A stretch of DNA of 52,934 nucleotides, from positions 1-52,934 of IMG/VR virus record IMGVR_UViG_3300028586_000799; one strand, given 5' to 3'. Every line of letters starts with the position of its first letter. Positions within the stretch are counted from its first letter, which is position 1. The position numbers and the translations under genes were made by a program. The DNA is from a virus. Lineage: Duplodnaviria; Caudoviricetes. The notes beneath the pieces were generated by a model, which did no database searches, had not been told where the DNA came from, and was given only the letters and a program-made list of their open reading frames with translations. Positions 18,093 through 26,488 of this stretch are shown here, in pieces.

Positions 18093-18418
18093 TCTTCAAA
18101 TGATTAGTTTTAAACGAAAATAAACTATGAAGGCTTATTTCAATCAGAATATAATGTGTTGTGATCCTGATTGTTACCTGTGACAAGAACCGAGAAGTAT
18201 TCCGAGAAGCCACGATAGAGGAAGTGATGGAATAGAAAAGGGCAACCATTGCTGGCTGCGCGATTCAATTAACGCTCTCAAGGACAAATGTAGCAATCAG
18301 AATAGGAATAACAAGAGCCTTACGTTCAATTAGTGTAAAAATAACACTAAGCTTTTTTTTTCGGTGCCAAGTTAATTAATGCAGAAGAGTGAAAAAGAAC
18401 ATGCAAAAATAAAACACA

Positions 18419-18457
18419 TATGCTTTATAAACATATCAAGCATAATCGTTATATTTG
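18419..18457 (+). promoter_or_regulatory. Operator-like motif copy 3 plus Bacteroidota -7 promoter box
   Basis: TATGC TTTATAA ACATA TCAA GCATA then TATATTTG at 18450. Confidence 0.7.
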
Positions 18458-18619
18458 ATTGTACAAACGACGCGGCCACGTCAATAAGATCTTGAATGTC
18501 TTTGGGGTGATGCTGGCCGGCTTTGCTTCAAGGACATTTCTCATTTAAGGACTACATACACACAAACAACCCAGCCTGCATAGAAATATGCGGGCTTTGC
18601 CGGTCAAAAACCTTTTATT

Positions 18620-18727
18620 ATGGAACTATTGATCATTCTGATCGCGGTTGTAGCTGCAGGCTTAATCGCATCAATCGAAGGCATATGGCATGCTGCCGAA
18701 CTGGACGTTAACGATGTAAACTTTTAG
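18620..18727 (+). CDS. Small membrane peptide (not in ORF track)
   Basis: MELLIILIAVVAAGLIASIEGIWHAAELDVNDVNF, 35 aa. Confidence 0.45.
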   Translation: MELLIILIAVVAAGLIASIEGIWHAAELDVNDVNF

Positions 18728-18729
18728 CC

Positions 18730-18873
18730 ATGAGAACCATTAAACTGATGATCCTGGTAGCAGCTCTTGCGCTATCAGCCTGCGAGAAGAATTATCCTAA
18801 GCCTGAAAGACACAGGCAGCCAGATGAGGTGAAGATGCCGGCGAAAGTCATTGATGTAAAACCAAACTTCTAA
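18730..18873 (+). CDS. Small lipoprotein (not in ORF track)
   Basis: MRTIKLMILVAALALSACEKNYPK..., 47 aa, LSAC lipobox. Confidence 0.6.
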   Translation: MRTIKLMILVAALALSACEKNYPKPERHRQPDEVKMPAKVIDVKPNF

Positions 18874-18876
18874 AGC

Positions 18877-19131
18877 ATGAAATCTACCCTCAATCAAATC
18901 CAAGAAGTGATGATCATGCAGATGCGTGCCCTTGATCCAAAGGTAAGCATAGAGGCTGCACAGGCATTGAACGTGCTGAAGCTGCACCTGATCAACAAAT
19001 ATCATCGTGAGCAGCTGATTAAGGAAGCAGAACGTTTAATGCAACCGAACTGGTTCCAAAGGTTGATATTTTCATCAATGAGCCAAAAAAGAAGCGGGTC
19101 CCATCCAGGCACCCGCCGCAGTAACACATAA
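18877..19131 (+). CDS. Hypothetical protein
   Basis: 84 aa, 3 nt after the previous stop. Confidence 0.5.
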   Translation: MKSTLNQIQEVMIMQMRALDPKVSIEAAQALNVLKLHLINKYHREQLIKEAERLMQPNWFQRLIFSSMSQKRSGSHPGTRRSNT

Positions 19132-19642
19132 CTACTTGGTTATTAATAAATCGCATGCAATATAAGATAACTGGATTAAAGAGAGATTAAATTTTTGAGC
19201 GATGAAAGTACTTTACCGATTCACATACCTGCTACTGATCCTAACTGGCTTCATCTTGTTTGTCGTGATCATGATACTGGATCCATTCATTTGGGCTATA
19301 GCTGGTAAGTCACCTGCATGCCGGTTTTTCGATCGGTATACCAGTTGGCTAACTGCCTGGAAGAAAAGGGTGGTGATATGAGTAGTGAAGGAGCGCTAGA
19401 AGAAGTCATCGCTAAATGGCTGGCCGGACTTGAGTGGGGGAACGAAGCGCCAGAGCAGCTGGACTTGTTTGAAAAGCGGAGGTAATATTAAAATTCCCAT
19501 ATTATCTACTAAAACCCCCGCTCTAAACTCAAAAATAATTAACGCAATCAAAAATGAGTAACCGGCCATCCAGCCTTCATATGTAAGTATGAATCAATAA
19601 TTCAACAGAACCAAATAAATTTTAAAATAGATCTAACCAACC

Positions 19643-19987
19643 ATGTTACACTCTTATCAAACCACCCAGCAACCCGCTCGAACAAGTGTTCGCAGCACAG
19701 TGCAAGGTCAAACACCAGAGAAGATTATTGAAGCAGTATGCGAGGCTTTAAAAGTCAAACGAGATGATCTGCTTGGACCGGAAAGATCGGGGCAGCTTAA
19801 AGTAGCCAGGCGAATAGCGATCGGGTTAATCCTGATGTCTGATCCAATGATCACCCTAAAAGAAGTGGGCCAGATGTTCGGCCGCAACCATACTACCATC
19901 ATCTACAACCGGGATCAGTTCTATGACCAGAACGGCACCGATCGGGAAATAACGGATAAAGTGAAGATGGTGACTTACCTGTTTTAA
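19643..19987 (+). CDS. Second DnaA C-terminal-like HTH protein
   Basis: ARRIAIGLI...TLKEVGQMFGRNHTTIIY; paralog of 12239..12604. Confidence 0.8.
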   Translation: MLHSYQTTQQPARTSVRSTVQGQTPEKIIEAVCEALKVKRDDLLGPERSGQLKVARRIAIGLILMSDPMITLKEVGQMFGRNHTTIIYNRDQFYDQNGTDREITDKVKMVTYLF

Positions 19988-20009
19988 TCAATCAACTAAA
20001 ATCAATATC

Positions 20010-20516
20010 ATGAAATCAATCAAAAATGAACAGTTCAGCCAACCCTTAGCTGAAAACCAAGAAGAGTATAACACGCTTTATGTCCATGTGCAAACTGAAG
20101 ATGATCCAATGCGCCCTGTTACCGCATGCTTTAAATTAGCCTCGGAAGAAATCGCCGAAATAAACAAGACCGGGTTACTCTACTATCAGCAATGTACTTT
20201 TTACTACAGAGGATCCGATGGATTAGTTAAACCCGGCCTTTTTCACCCTATGAGCATCCACGTAACTAACCCGCTTGAGCCACAGGAGCCCTTAGTTCCT
20301 AAACCACTGGTACCACTTACCGAAATGTCGGGTGATCATTTTGAGCAGATATTTTACGCTGAAGGCTATGCTCCCTCATTGGTTAAGAGTAAGATTGGTA
20401 TGTTCAAATCTCTTTATGGCTTTGCAAGTTGTATTGCTGATATCGGGAGATTCAATAGCTATAGGCTTGCTTCTGAATTAGGTTACGACGTAGAATTTAC
20501 TTTGGATCCATCGTAG
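20010..20516 (+). CDS. Hypothetical phage protein
   Basis: 168 aa ORF in operon. Confidence 0.6.
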   Translation: MKSIKNEQFSQPLAENQEEYNTLYVHVQTEDDPMRPVTACFKLASEEIAEINKTGLLYYQQCTFYYRGSDGLVKPGLFHPMSIHVTNPLEPQEPLVPKPLVPLTEMSGDHFEQIFYAEGYAPSLVKSKIGMFKSLYGFASCIADIGRFNSYRLASELGYDVEFTLDPS

Positions 20517-20518
20517 GT

Positions 20519-20959
20519 ATGAAAGCACTAACCATTAAGAACCCATGGGCACTGCTAATCGCTGCCGGGATCAAAGACATAGAAAACCGCACCTGGAGAA
20601 CTAAATTCAGAGGTAGGACTTATATTCATGCAGGGCAGTCGCTTGCTTGTAAACCAACTGGATTACAAGAGCTATTAACACCTGAGCAGTTCAATATCGT
20701 AAACACCTATGAGGTCTACAGGCAGGTGCTAGGTTTAGGGTTTAAGAAGTCCTGCATAATCGGCGAAGTTGATATCGTAGACTGCGTACTCAATCATCCG
20801 AGCATTTGGGCCGAACAATCTGCAGTTGTTATGCGCAAGATTAATGGCGTTCATCAGCCTACAGAAGTCCCTGTTTGGAACTGGGTTCTTGCTAATCAGG
20901 TGCTCTATGACAAGCCGATCGAGAATGTAAAAGGGAAACTTAGCTTTTGGGAGTATTAA
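20519..20959 (+). CDS. ASCH-domain protein
   Basis: MKALTIKNPWALLIAAGIKDIENRTW...IHAG...KGKLSFWEY. Confidence 0.9.
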   Translation: MKALTIKNPWALLIAAGIKDIENRTWRTKFRGRTYIHAGQSLACKPTGLQELLTPEQFNIVNTYEVYRQVLGLGFKKSCIIGEVDIVDCVLNHPSIWAEQSAVVMRKINGVHQPTEVPVWNWVLANQVLYDKPIENVKGKLSFWEY

Positions 20960-21206
20960 TAATGCGGAGGCGCCGAAGACTTTCTCCGGACTCCCCACAA
21001 GCCATGCACAAAAGTCTCATATTACACAGCGTTTGCATTGTGAGGGTGCAGTCCGATCCCGTTTTATTATAAGAATAAGCTCAAGATTGCTTTCACAGCT
21101 ATGATGAGACGGGTTGCAACTTCTATGAAGCGCATCAACCTTTTAAGTTTCATTAAATGAATCAAAATTGTTAATAGAACGCCTCCGCAAATCAAATATA
21201 ATTAAA

Positions 21207-21383
21207 ATGGAGTATATCTACCACGGCGACAAGCTCACAGATCCAAAATACAAGAAGCAGCCATGTAAGGCTGTAAGAAGAAATGGAAAGTGCATCAGAG
21301 GCAAGAACAGCGATATGCTGGTAGAGTTTGCCGGTGGCGCTCAGGTCGTGATCATGGCAAGGATGCTACGGAAAATAAAATAG
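21207..21383 (+). CDS. Small hypothetical protein
   Basis: MEYIYHGDKLTD...GKCIRGKNSDMLVEF; followed by hairpin TAGCTA/TAGCTA. Confidence 0.55.
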   Translation: MEYIYHGDKLTDPKYKKQPCKAVRRNGKCIRGKNSDMLVEFAGGAQVVIMARMLRKIK

Positions 21384-21575
21384 CTACCCCTTGGATAGCT
21401 ATTTTAATCTAAACATTATCGTTTAGGTGGATAATTGATCAATTCGATCATTCTCGCGATTTGTTGTTGAGTGAAATTCATAAATCCCTCCATACCTCCT
21501 TTCTGTCATATATCTAAAATATATCTGTGGAGGGCATATCTGTAGTCTATAAAATAAAAGTTTAAAATAATTTCA

Positions 21576-22115
21576 ATGAAATCCGCTGCACTACTTAAAG
21601 CTGTTTACAAAGATTGCCTGGAACGCGGCTATGTTGCCGATGGAGATGATCTTTACCCTCCCAGTAATCCAAAGGCAATCGCTATAATGGAAGCCAGGTC
21701 CAAACGCAAACCGCGAACTAACCACATTAAGACCGGCTGGATTGACGATACTCGCAACATCAAGAATAAAGAGCAACGCGACATGTTTGTCATGCTGATT
21801 GAAAAGGAGTTAGGAGTGGAGGTGTGGCCAGAGTTCTACTTCAGCACTGAAAGACTGTACAGGTTCGATTATGCCATCCCATTAAAACCCCGGAATTCCG
21901 GGGAATTAAAGATCGCCATCGAACAGGAAGGCGGCATATGGGCCAAAGGCAACAGCGGCCATTCATCAGGCACCGGTATCCAGCGTGACATGGACAAGAA
22001 TAATCTAGCCATTGCCCAAGGCTGGGTGATCATCCGGAGAACGCCTGATCAGATGATGACGAGTGAGACAATTGAGCTGATAAAAGTTTTAATGAAACAA
22101 AGGATCGAACTTTAA
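21576..22115 (+). CDS. PD-(D/E)XK endonuclease (Vsr/DUF559-like)
   Basis: EFYF..ERLYRFDYA...IAIEQEGGIW..GH...DMDKNNLAIAQGWVIIR. Confidence 0.75.
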   Translation: MKSAALLKAVYKDCLERGYVADGDDLYPPSNPKAIAIMEARSKRKPRTNHIKTGWIDDTRNIKNKEQRDMFVMLIEKELGVEVWPEFYFSTERLYRFDYAIPLKPRNSGELKIAIEQEGGIWAKGNSGHSSGTGIQRDMDKNNLAIAQGWVIIRRTPDQMMTSETIELIKVLMKQRIEL

Positions 22116-22486
22116 TTTAGCCGGTAAATATAGGCATCGTCTATCAGGACACCATTTATGGTGTTTTTGGTAAATCTAATATCACATAGGTTGTAACCGG
22201 TCCTCGTAAAGGAAGTCAACAACTTATTGATGCTGTCATTTGGGCTGATAACCGAAATGGAATCAAAGGGTAAGTTCCGATCTTGTAATATCCTTAAAAT
22301 TCGTGTGTAAACTTTTATAGGACCTTCAGTGTCAGCCAATATTGTTGCAAGCATCAATCTCCAATCATCCATATCCTGTAAATAGAGCCAAAAAGCACTC
22401 GTAATTTCTAGGCCATTTTTGTCTAAAGTTCGTACTAGCTCTTTCCCCATTTCAATATCCTCTTTTACCAATGTTTCTTTACCCAT
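22112..22486 (-). CDS. HEPN-partner protein (putative antitoxin)
   Basis: Overlaps the HEPN gene; AFWLY..D..DWRLMLA motif; no canonical GS..DxD. Confidence 0.6.
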   Translation of the reverse strand: MGKETLVKEDIEMGKELVRTLDKNGLEITSAFWLYLQDMDDWRLMLATILADTEGPIKVYTRILRILQDRNLPFDSISVISPNDSINKLLTSFTRTGYNLCDIRFTKNTINGVLIDDAYIYRLN

Positions 22487-22878
22487 GACATTATTCCGTT
22501 ACGTCTATGATCTACTGCTGTATACAAATCTGAAGCTTTTACTCTTGAACTCCTTTGATATCTACTGGTTTCATTCCAGTCTTTAACTACACTCCAGTTA
22601 ACTTTGAAGTTTGAATTTAACCCGGATATTCTCAGTAAATCAGGTTCCAGCCCAGCTAACTTTACCAATTTGGAAACATCATGTGTAAAGCTTTCAGAAG
22701 CTAACCTTTTGTCTGGAAATTCATAGCGTTTGATGTGCTTAGCAATACACGCCTTTAGGGCACACTCGACGCTGTAACCACACAAGTAGTACGCTCCATC
22801 ATAGAACCCACCATCAAGTAAATGCTTAGCCTCAATTAATCTCAGCTTAGAAAGTTCCTTCAGTTCATTTCGAGTCAT
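22465..22878 (-). CDS. HEPN-domain protein
   Basis: RLIEAKHLL...YDGAYYLCGYSVECALKACI...THDVSKL...WNETSRY. Confidence 0.8.
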   Translation of the reverse strand: MTRNELKELSKLRLIEAKHLLDGGFYDGAYYLCGYSVECALKACIAKHIKRYEFPDKRLASESFTHDVSKLVKLAGLEPDLLRISGLNSNFKVNWSVVKDWNETSRYQRSSRVKASDLYTAVDHRRNGIMSWVKKHW

Positions 22879-22940
22879 TACCGTACTATGTTCGGGTGCA
22901 AGGTATGAAGTAGATTTTTTAGAATTTAATAAAAATGTAT

Positions 22941-22979
22941 TATGCTTTTACAGCATAAAGCGCATAATTCTTATCTTTA
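22941..22979 (+). promoter_or_regulatory. Operator-like motif copy 4 plus -7-like box
   Basis: TATGC TTTTACA GCATA AAGC GCATA then TATCTTTA at 22972. Confidence 0.7.
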
Positions 22980-23446
22980 TGCTAATGAATGATCAACACG
23001 CTTCATTAATGATCACCGTTTTGCGTAAAGACTATCCTGAAATTGCCACATTAATCACGGCTAAGATCAGCAAGAGCCTGCCGGAACGCTCGCTTTACGA
23101 CCTGCAGCATATAGATCAGATCGTTGCCAGCTTCAAATTAGCTAAAGGCATTACAGAGCAAAACTGGACTGAAGGGAAGAGCGAGATCAAGATCGTGGAA
23201 AGCAGGGATCTGCTGCTGGGTGTGATTCTGATGTTTTACCATCCGGAGAAGCTGATGGACCTGACGAGTTTAAGAACGAAATCAGGCGTGCTAAAGAATT
23301 TAGCATTAGCATTAGGAACCAAGCAGCCTGTTTTAAGTCTACGTGTAGCGATCGTGATTGTAGCGTTCAGGGCTTATGAGGAATTCAGACTTGAAGTGTA
23401 CCGGCTCTACGAGCTGATTAGAATTGAAAACAAATTTTTTGAATAA
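22979..23446 (+). CDS. Hypothetical protein (possible late regulator by position)
   Basis: 155 aa ORF directly after the operator-like motif. Confidence 0.55.
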   Translation: MLMNDQHASLMITVLRKDYPEIATLITAKISKSLPERSLYDLQHIDQIVASFKLAKGITEQNWTEGKSEIKIVESRDLLLGVILMFYHPEKLMDLTSLRTKSGVLKNLALALGTKQPVLSLRVAIVIVAFRAYEEFRLEVYRLYELIRIENKFFE

Positions 23447-23573
23447 TGTCAAAGCAAAATATCGAGATCAAACCGGCATGCAATATCAAAGACAATGAGA
23501 TAATAGTATTGCTCCCTTTAAGCCTCCACATTAAAGAATACCTACTCAGACCGTCAACTCTAAATTAACTATA

Positions 23574-23771
23574 ATGGCAAAGCAAATCAAACCTAAGTAC
23601 CCGATGGACCGGGAAAAACAAAGCCTGGCATTCCAAGAATCGCAGGTGACAACATCGCAGTACACCTCTGATCCAAGCATCACCATCCGCATTAAAGGCG
23701 AGTATTCAGATTCAGTACTGAACGACCTGCAGAATGCAGTGGATGATATTCTGAAGCATCACGACAAGTAA
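23574..23771 (+). CDS. Hypothetical protein
   Basis: 65 aa ORF. Confidence 0.5.
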   Translation: MAKQIKPKYPMDREKQSLAFQESQVTTSQYTSDPSITIRIKGEYSDSVLNDLQNAVDDILKHHDK

Positions 23772-23776
23772 CCATA

Positions 23777-23909
23777 TCAGAGTTAGCTCATGGCAGAGCG
23801 GCTCGGTGACCCCGGGCGACACACGGCACCAGCGTTGAAACCTGGTTGTAAAATGTGTAATCTGTAATCAAATGCAGATGGACTTAGGTTCGAATCCTTT
23901 GACTTTGAC
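23777..23909 (+). ncRNA. tRNA-like RNA (Val-GAC-like) with oversized variable arm
   Basis: Acceptor TCAGAGT/ACTTTGA, D arm GCTC-ATGGCA-GAGC, anticodon arm GCTCG-GTGACCC-CGGGC, T loop GGTTCGAATCC; ~65-nt insert; no encoded CCA. Confidence 0.65.
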
Positions 23910-24063
23910 AAAACAAACAGAGAGCGCGCAACTGAAAGAACTTTGGCTGTAGAAGTACAATACAACGATTGTTTTGCCCGGATAGCTAACGGGATAGGTT
24001 GGGCCAGAGATTCAAGTCCTGTAACGCACGGGTAATTTCCAACAGTTCAGGCATAGCAATACA

Positions 24064-24429
24064 ATGGTTAAATTAAGAACAGCTTTAATGTTGATTGGCC
24101 TAGTGGTCATGTCAGCACTTTACCCGGTCCAGGTGAAGGCTCAGGAACAAACGGATAACACGGAGTTAGTCTCTACGCAGGTATTCTCTGGTGAAGAGAA
24201 GAATCTTACAGACAGCTTGCTTTCAGTTGGAAAGGCTTTGACTGATCCAACGTTAAAGGCTACGGTAGTCGATGCAGTGAATGTGATCAAAGCGACGCCA
24301 CAGTCCGGCGGCATTGATGCATGGTACGCCTGGTTGATTGCAGCACTCGGTGCAGTCTTTGGAGTTTACCAGTACGTCAAACGGTCGCTCGCAAAGCCTA
24401 AGGTCACGAGCGCAAGCCGAACATACTAA
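24064..24429 (+). CDS. Exported protein with signal peptide and C-terminal TM anchor
   Basis: N-terminal h-region ending VKA-QE; C-terminal AWLIAALGAVFGVY plus basic tail. Confidence 0.65.
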   Translation: MVKLRTALMLIGLVVMSALYPVQVKAQEQTDNTELVSTQVFSGEEKNLTDSLLSVGKALTDPTLKATVVDAVNVIKATPQSGGIDAWYAWLIAALGAVFGVYQYVKRSLAKPKVTSASRTY

Positions 24430-24448
24430 AACCTAACAGAAAGATTTT

Positions 24449-24476
24449 AAAAAGCCCCACTGATCCGGGGCTTTTT
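24449..24476 (+). terminator. Intrinsic terminator
   Basis: AAAAAGCCCC-ACTGATCC-GGGGCTTTTT. Confidence 0.75.
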
Positions 24477-24758
24477 AATTTGATAACCAGCTATCCTAAA
24501 TATTTTAGTGATATCTCGCCATGTAAGGAGTTGCTACGCTAGTGGATCTATTAAAAAGAAGTTGGAGGTACGACATCAAGACCAGGTTGATGTGGACGGT
24601 ATGGCAGAAAACGTGCTAACAGCTTTTAAAGTCCATCTTAAAGAATTGAAAGATAATTAGAGCTACAAAGAAGTCTGCCTTGTGAAAAATATTTTTCAAA
24701 CCTTTGGGAAATAGGCGATTAAACATTAAATTCATTCACAATCAACTTGATAGCATTT

Positions 24759-25904
24759 ATGGATCTTTTATATGGTGCAATAATTGGGGTAGTTATAACT
24801 GAGTTGTATAATTACCTAAAAAGAAAATACATCCGTGAGCGGAAGGTGTCGAGCTTAAGAAAAGTTTTCAAGAATAAATTTGAGGTCGAAAATGGAATCA
24901 TGGCCTTAGATCATGCTATCCCGTATTATTTGAAGGAAAATATCCATTTGAGAGACTCAGGTAAGTCACTATTTATTGAAATACCTTCAACATATCGTGA
25001 AGAGCTGAAGCAAAATGGTTTTGAGTCACGCAGAACCACTATGTTTTCTGGCAGCTCGGATTTGTCAGAACTGCTAGAAAACTTGAAGCTTGAGAATTCA
25101 GGGAAGGTTGTTGAATTGGCTGCATCGGAAACCGCACAGGCCTTTCTTAAAGATCTTAATCAAGGTCATACTAGATTCAACAATCCTATGTTTGGAGTCT
25201 ATAAGATACGTTCGGAACGGATTTCCCAAGATGAAAATTCAGGATTTAGCATTGACTTCTATCAGACTGATTATTTTACACATAGAACCTTTGTAAACAT
25301 CTACAACAAATACAAGGATGTTCCTGGTAAGTTTGAAATCAAAAGCCTACAAGACTTGAATTCATATTCTCCATTCTTGGCTTCCTTTGGGATCGGCACT
25401 CTGTTAATTATAAATCAGGGGAACGGGGATGAAGTAATCATCGGCAAACGTTCGATGGGTGTTGTGGTAGATAAGGGGAAACTTCATTTTAGCATGAATG
25501 AAGCTTTTAGTATGAATGATGTTGATGAATATGGAAATCCAAGCTTTTCTGCCTGCCTTTTTCGAGGTTTGGAAGAGGAGTTGGGTATCAGTCCCATTTT
25601 CAAGAAGTATGTAACAAGCCACGAGTTCCTAGATCTTGTTTTAGGAATTGATAGGCTTGAAATGGGAATTACTAGTATAGCACGAATAGGTCTAAATGAT
25701 ACATTTACATTTGAAACACTTAAAGAGCTTTATTCGATCGCTAAAGACAGTAAACTTGAGACAACCTTTTTGACTGCTCTACCGATTAAAAATATAGATG
25801 TATTCTTAAAAGAAAATTCTACCAACGTAAGTCAAGGTTGCAAAATGGCTTTAATGGCTTTAAACGCTAGATATAAAGCAGGATACCTGAGGGAAGAAAT
25901 TTAA
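24759..25904 (+). CDS. N-terminal TM plus Nudix-like hydrolase (moron)
   Basis: LLYGAIIGVVITELY TM; IIGKRS...LFRGLEEELGI degenerate Nudix box; AT-rich. Confidence 0.6.
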   Translation: MDLLYGAIIGVVITELYNYLKRKYIRERKVSSLRKVFKNKFEVENGIMALDHAIPYYLKENIHLRDSGKSLFIEIPSTYREELKQNGFESRRTTMFSGSSDLSELLENLKLENSGKVVELAASETAQAFLKDLNQGHTRFNNPMFGVYKIRSERISQDENSGFSIDFYQTDYFTHRTFVNIYNKYKDVPGKFEIKSLQDLNSYSPFLASFGIGTLLIINQGNGDEVIIGKRSMGVVVDKGKLHFSMNEAFSMNDVDEYGNPSFSACLFRGLEEELGISPIFKKYVTSHEFLDLVLGIDRLEMGITSIARIGLNDTFTFETLKELYSIAKDSKLETTFLTALPIKNIDVFLKENSTNVSQGCKMALMALNARYKAGYLREEI

Positions 25905-25943
25905 ACGATGATCTTTGTGGCTATAGCTTAACTGGTTATGAAG

Positions 25944-25983
25944 TATGCGTACTTGACATATCGAGCATAATTGTTTAATTTTA
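25944..25983 (+). promoter_or_regulatory. Operator-like motif copy 5 plus -7-like box upstream of terminase
   Basis: TATGC GTACTTG ACATA TCGA GCATA then TAATTTTA at 25976. Confidence 0.7.
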
Positions 25984-26008
25984 CGTTTATTACCTCATTT
26001 AAGATCAA

Positions 26009-26485
26009 ATGGCAGGGGAAACCGAGAAAGCAAGGCTCAAGCGAATTGAGAAGTCTGCGACCGACAAACGAAAGAGATTTATTAAAGACTGCAACGCTGA
26101 TCCGGACCTAAAGCCATTCGACGCTAAGAAGCGCTATGCGCTGCACGCATTGAAGCTATGCCGGGGCAATATTTCCAATGCCAGCAAAATGATCAATCTT
26201 AGCCGAAGGATGATCCACAACTATATGGTTGATGATCCTGACTTTGATGAGATGGTTAAGCTGATAAAACTAGAGGTTTTGGATCATGTAGAAGATAAGT
26301 TGCTGCAAAACTGTGATGCCGGAAAAGAAACGTCCATCATATACTATTTGAACTGCCAGGGTAAAGAACGCGGCTACGGCAATGCGCTTAAAGTAGATGG
26401 CAAGATCAATAATATCAACTATAATGTGCCTGTTACCCCTGATGAGGTGAAAGATATTGCCAAAGCTTTAGAAGACGAGTTTTAA
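26009..26485 (+). CDS. terS: Terminase small subunit
   Basis: HTH (GNISNASKMINLSRRMIHNY), SIIYYLNCQGKERGY; directly before TerL. Confidence 0.75.
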   Translation: MAGETEKARLKRIEKSATDKRKRFIKDCNADPDLKPFDAKKRYALHALKLCRGNISNASKMINLSRRMIHNYMVDDPDFDEMVKLIKLEVLDHVEDKLLQNCDAGKETSIIYYLNCQGKERGYGNALKVDGKINNINYNVPVTPDEVKDIAKALEDEF

Positions 26486-26488
26486 GGA

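Noticed and set aside
18316-18340. GCCTTACG..GTAAA as a third late-promoter palindrome
   Set aside because: Spacing is off by one and the right arm is poor
18523-18711. 62-aa Cys-containing ORF
   Set aside because: TTG start, overlaps the structured leader and a better-supported small TM ORF in another frame
23777-23909. Canonical functional tRNA or tmRNA
   Set aside because: Variable region too long and T stem mismatched for a standard tRNA; too short for tmRNA, has a full D and anticodon arm, and lacks a tag ORF
23783-23965. 60-aa minus-strand ORF
   Set aside because: Lies antisense over the structured RNA region with no protein-like features
24540-24660. Short protein-like frame KKKLEVRHQDQ...KELKDN*
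   Set aside because: No convincing start; possibly a gene remnant, but not enough evidence to call
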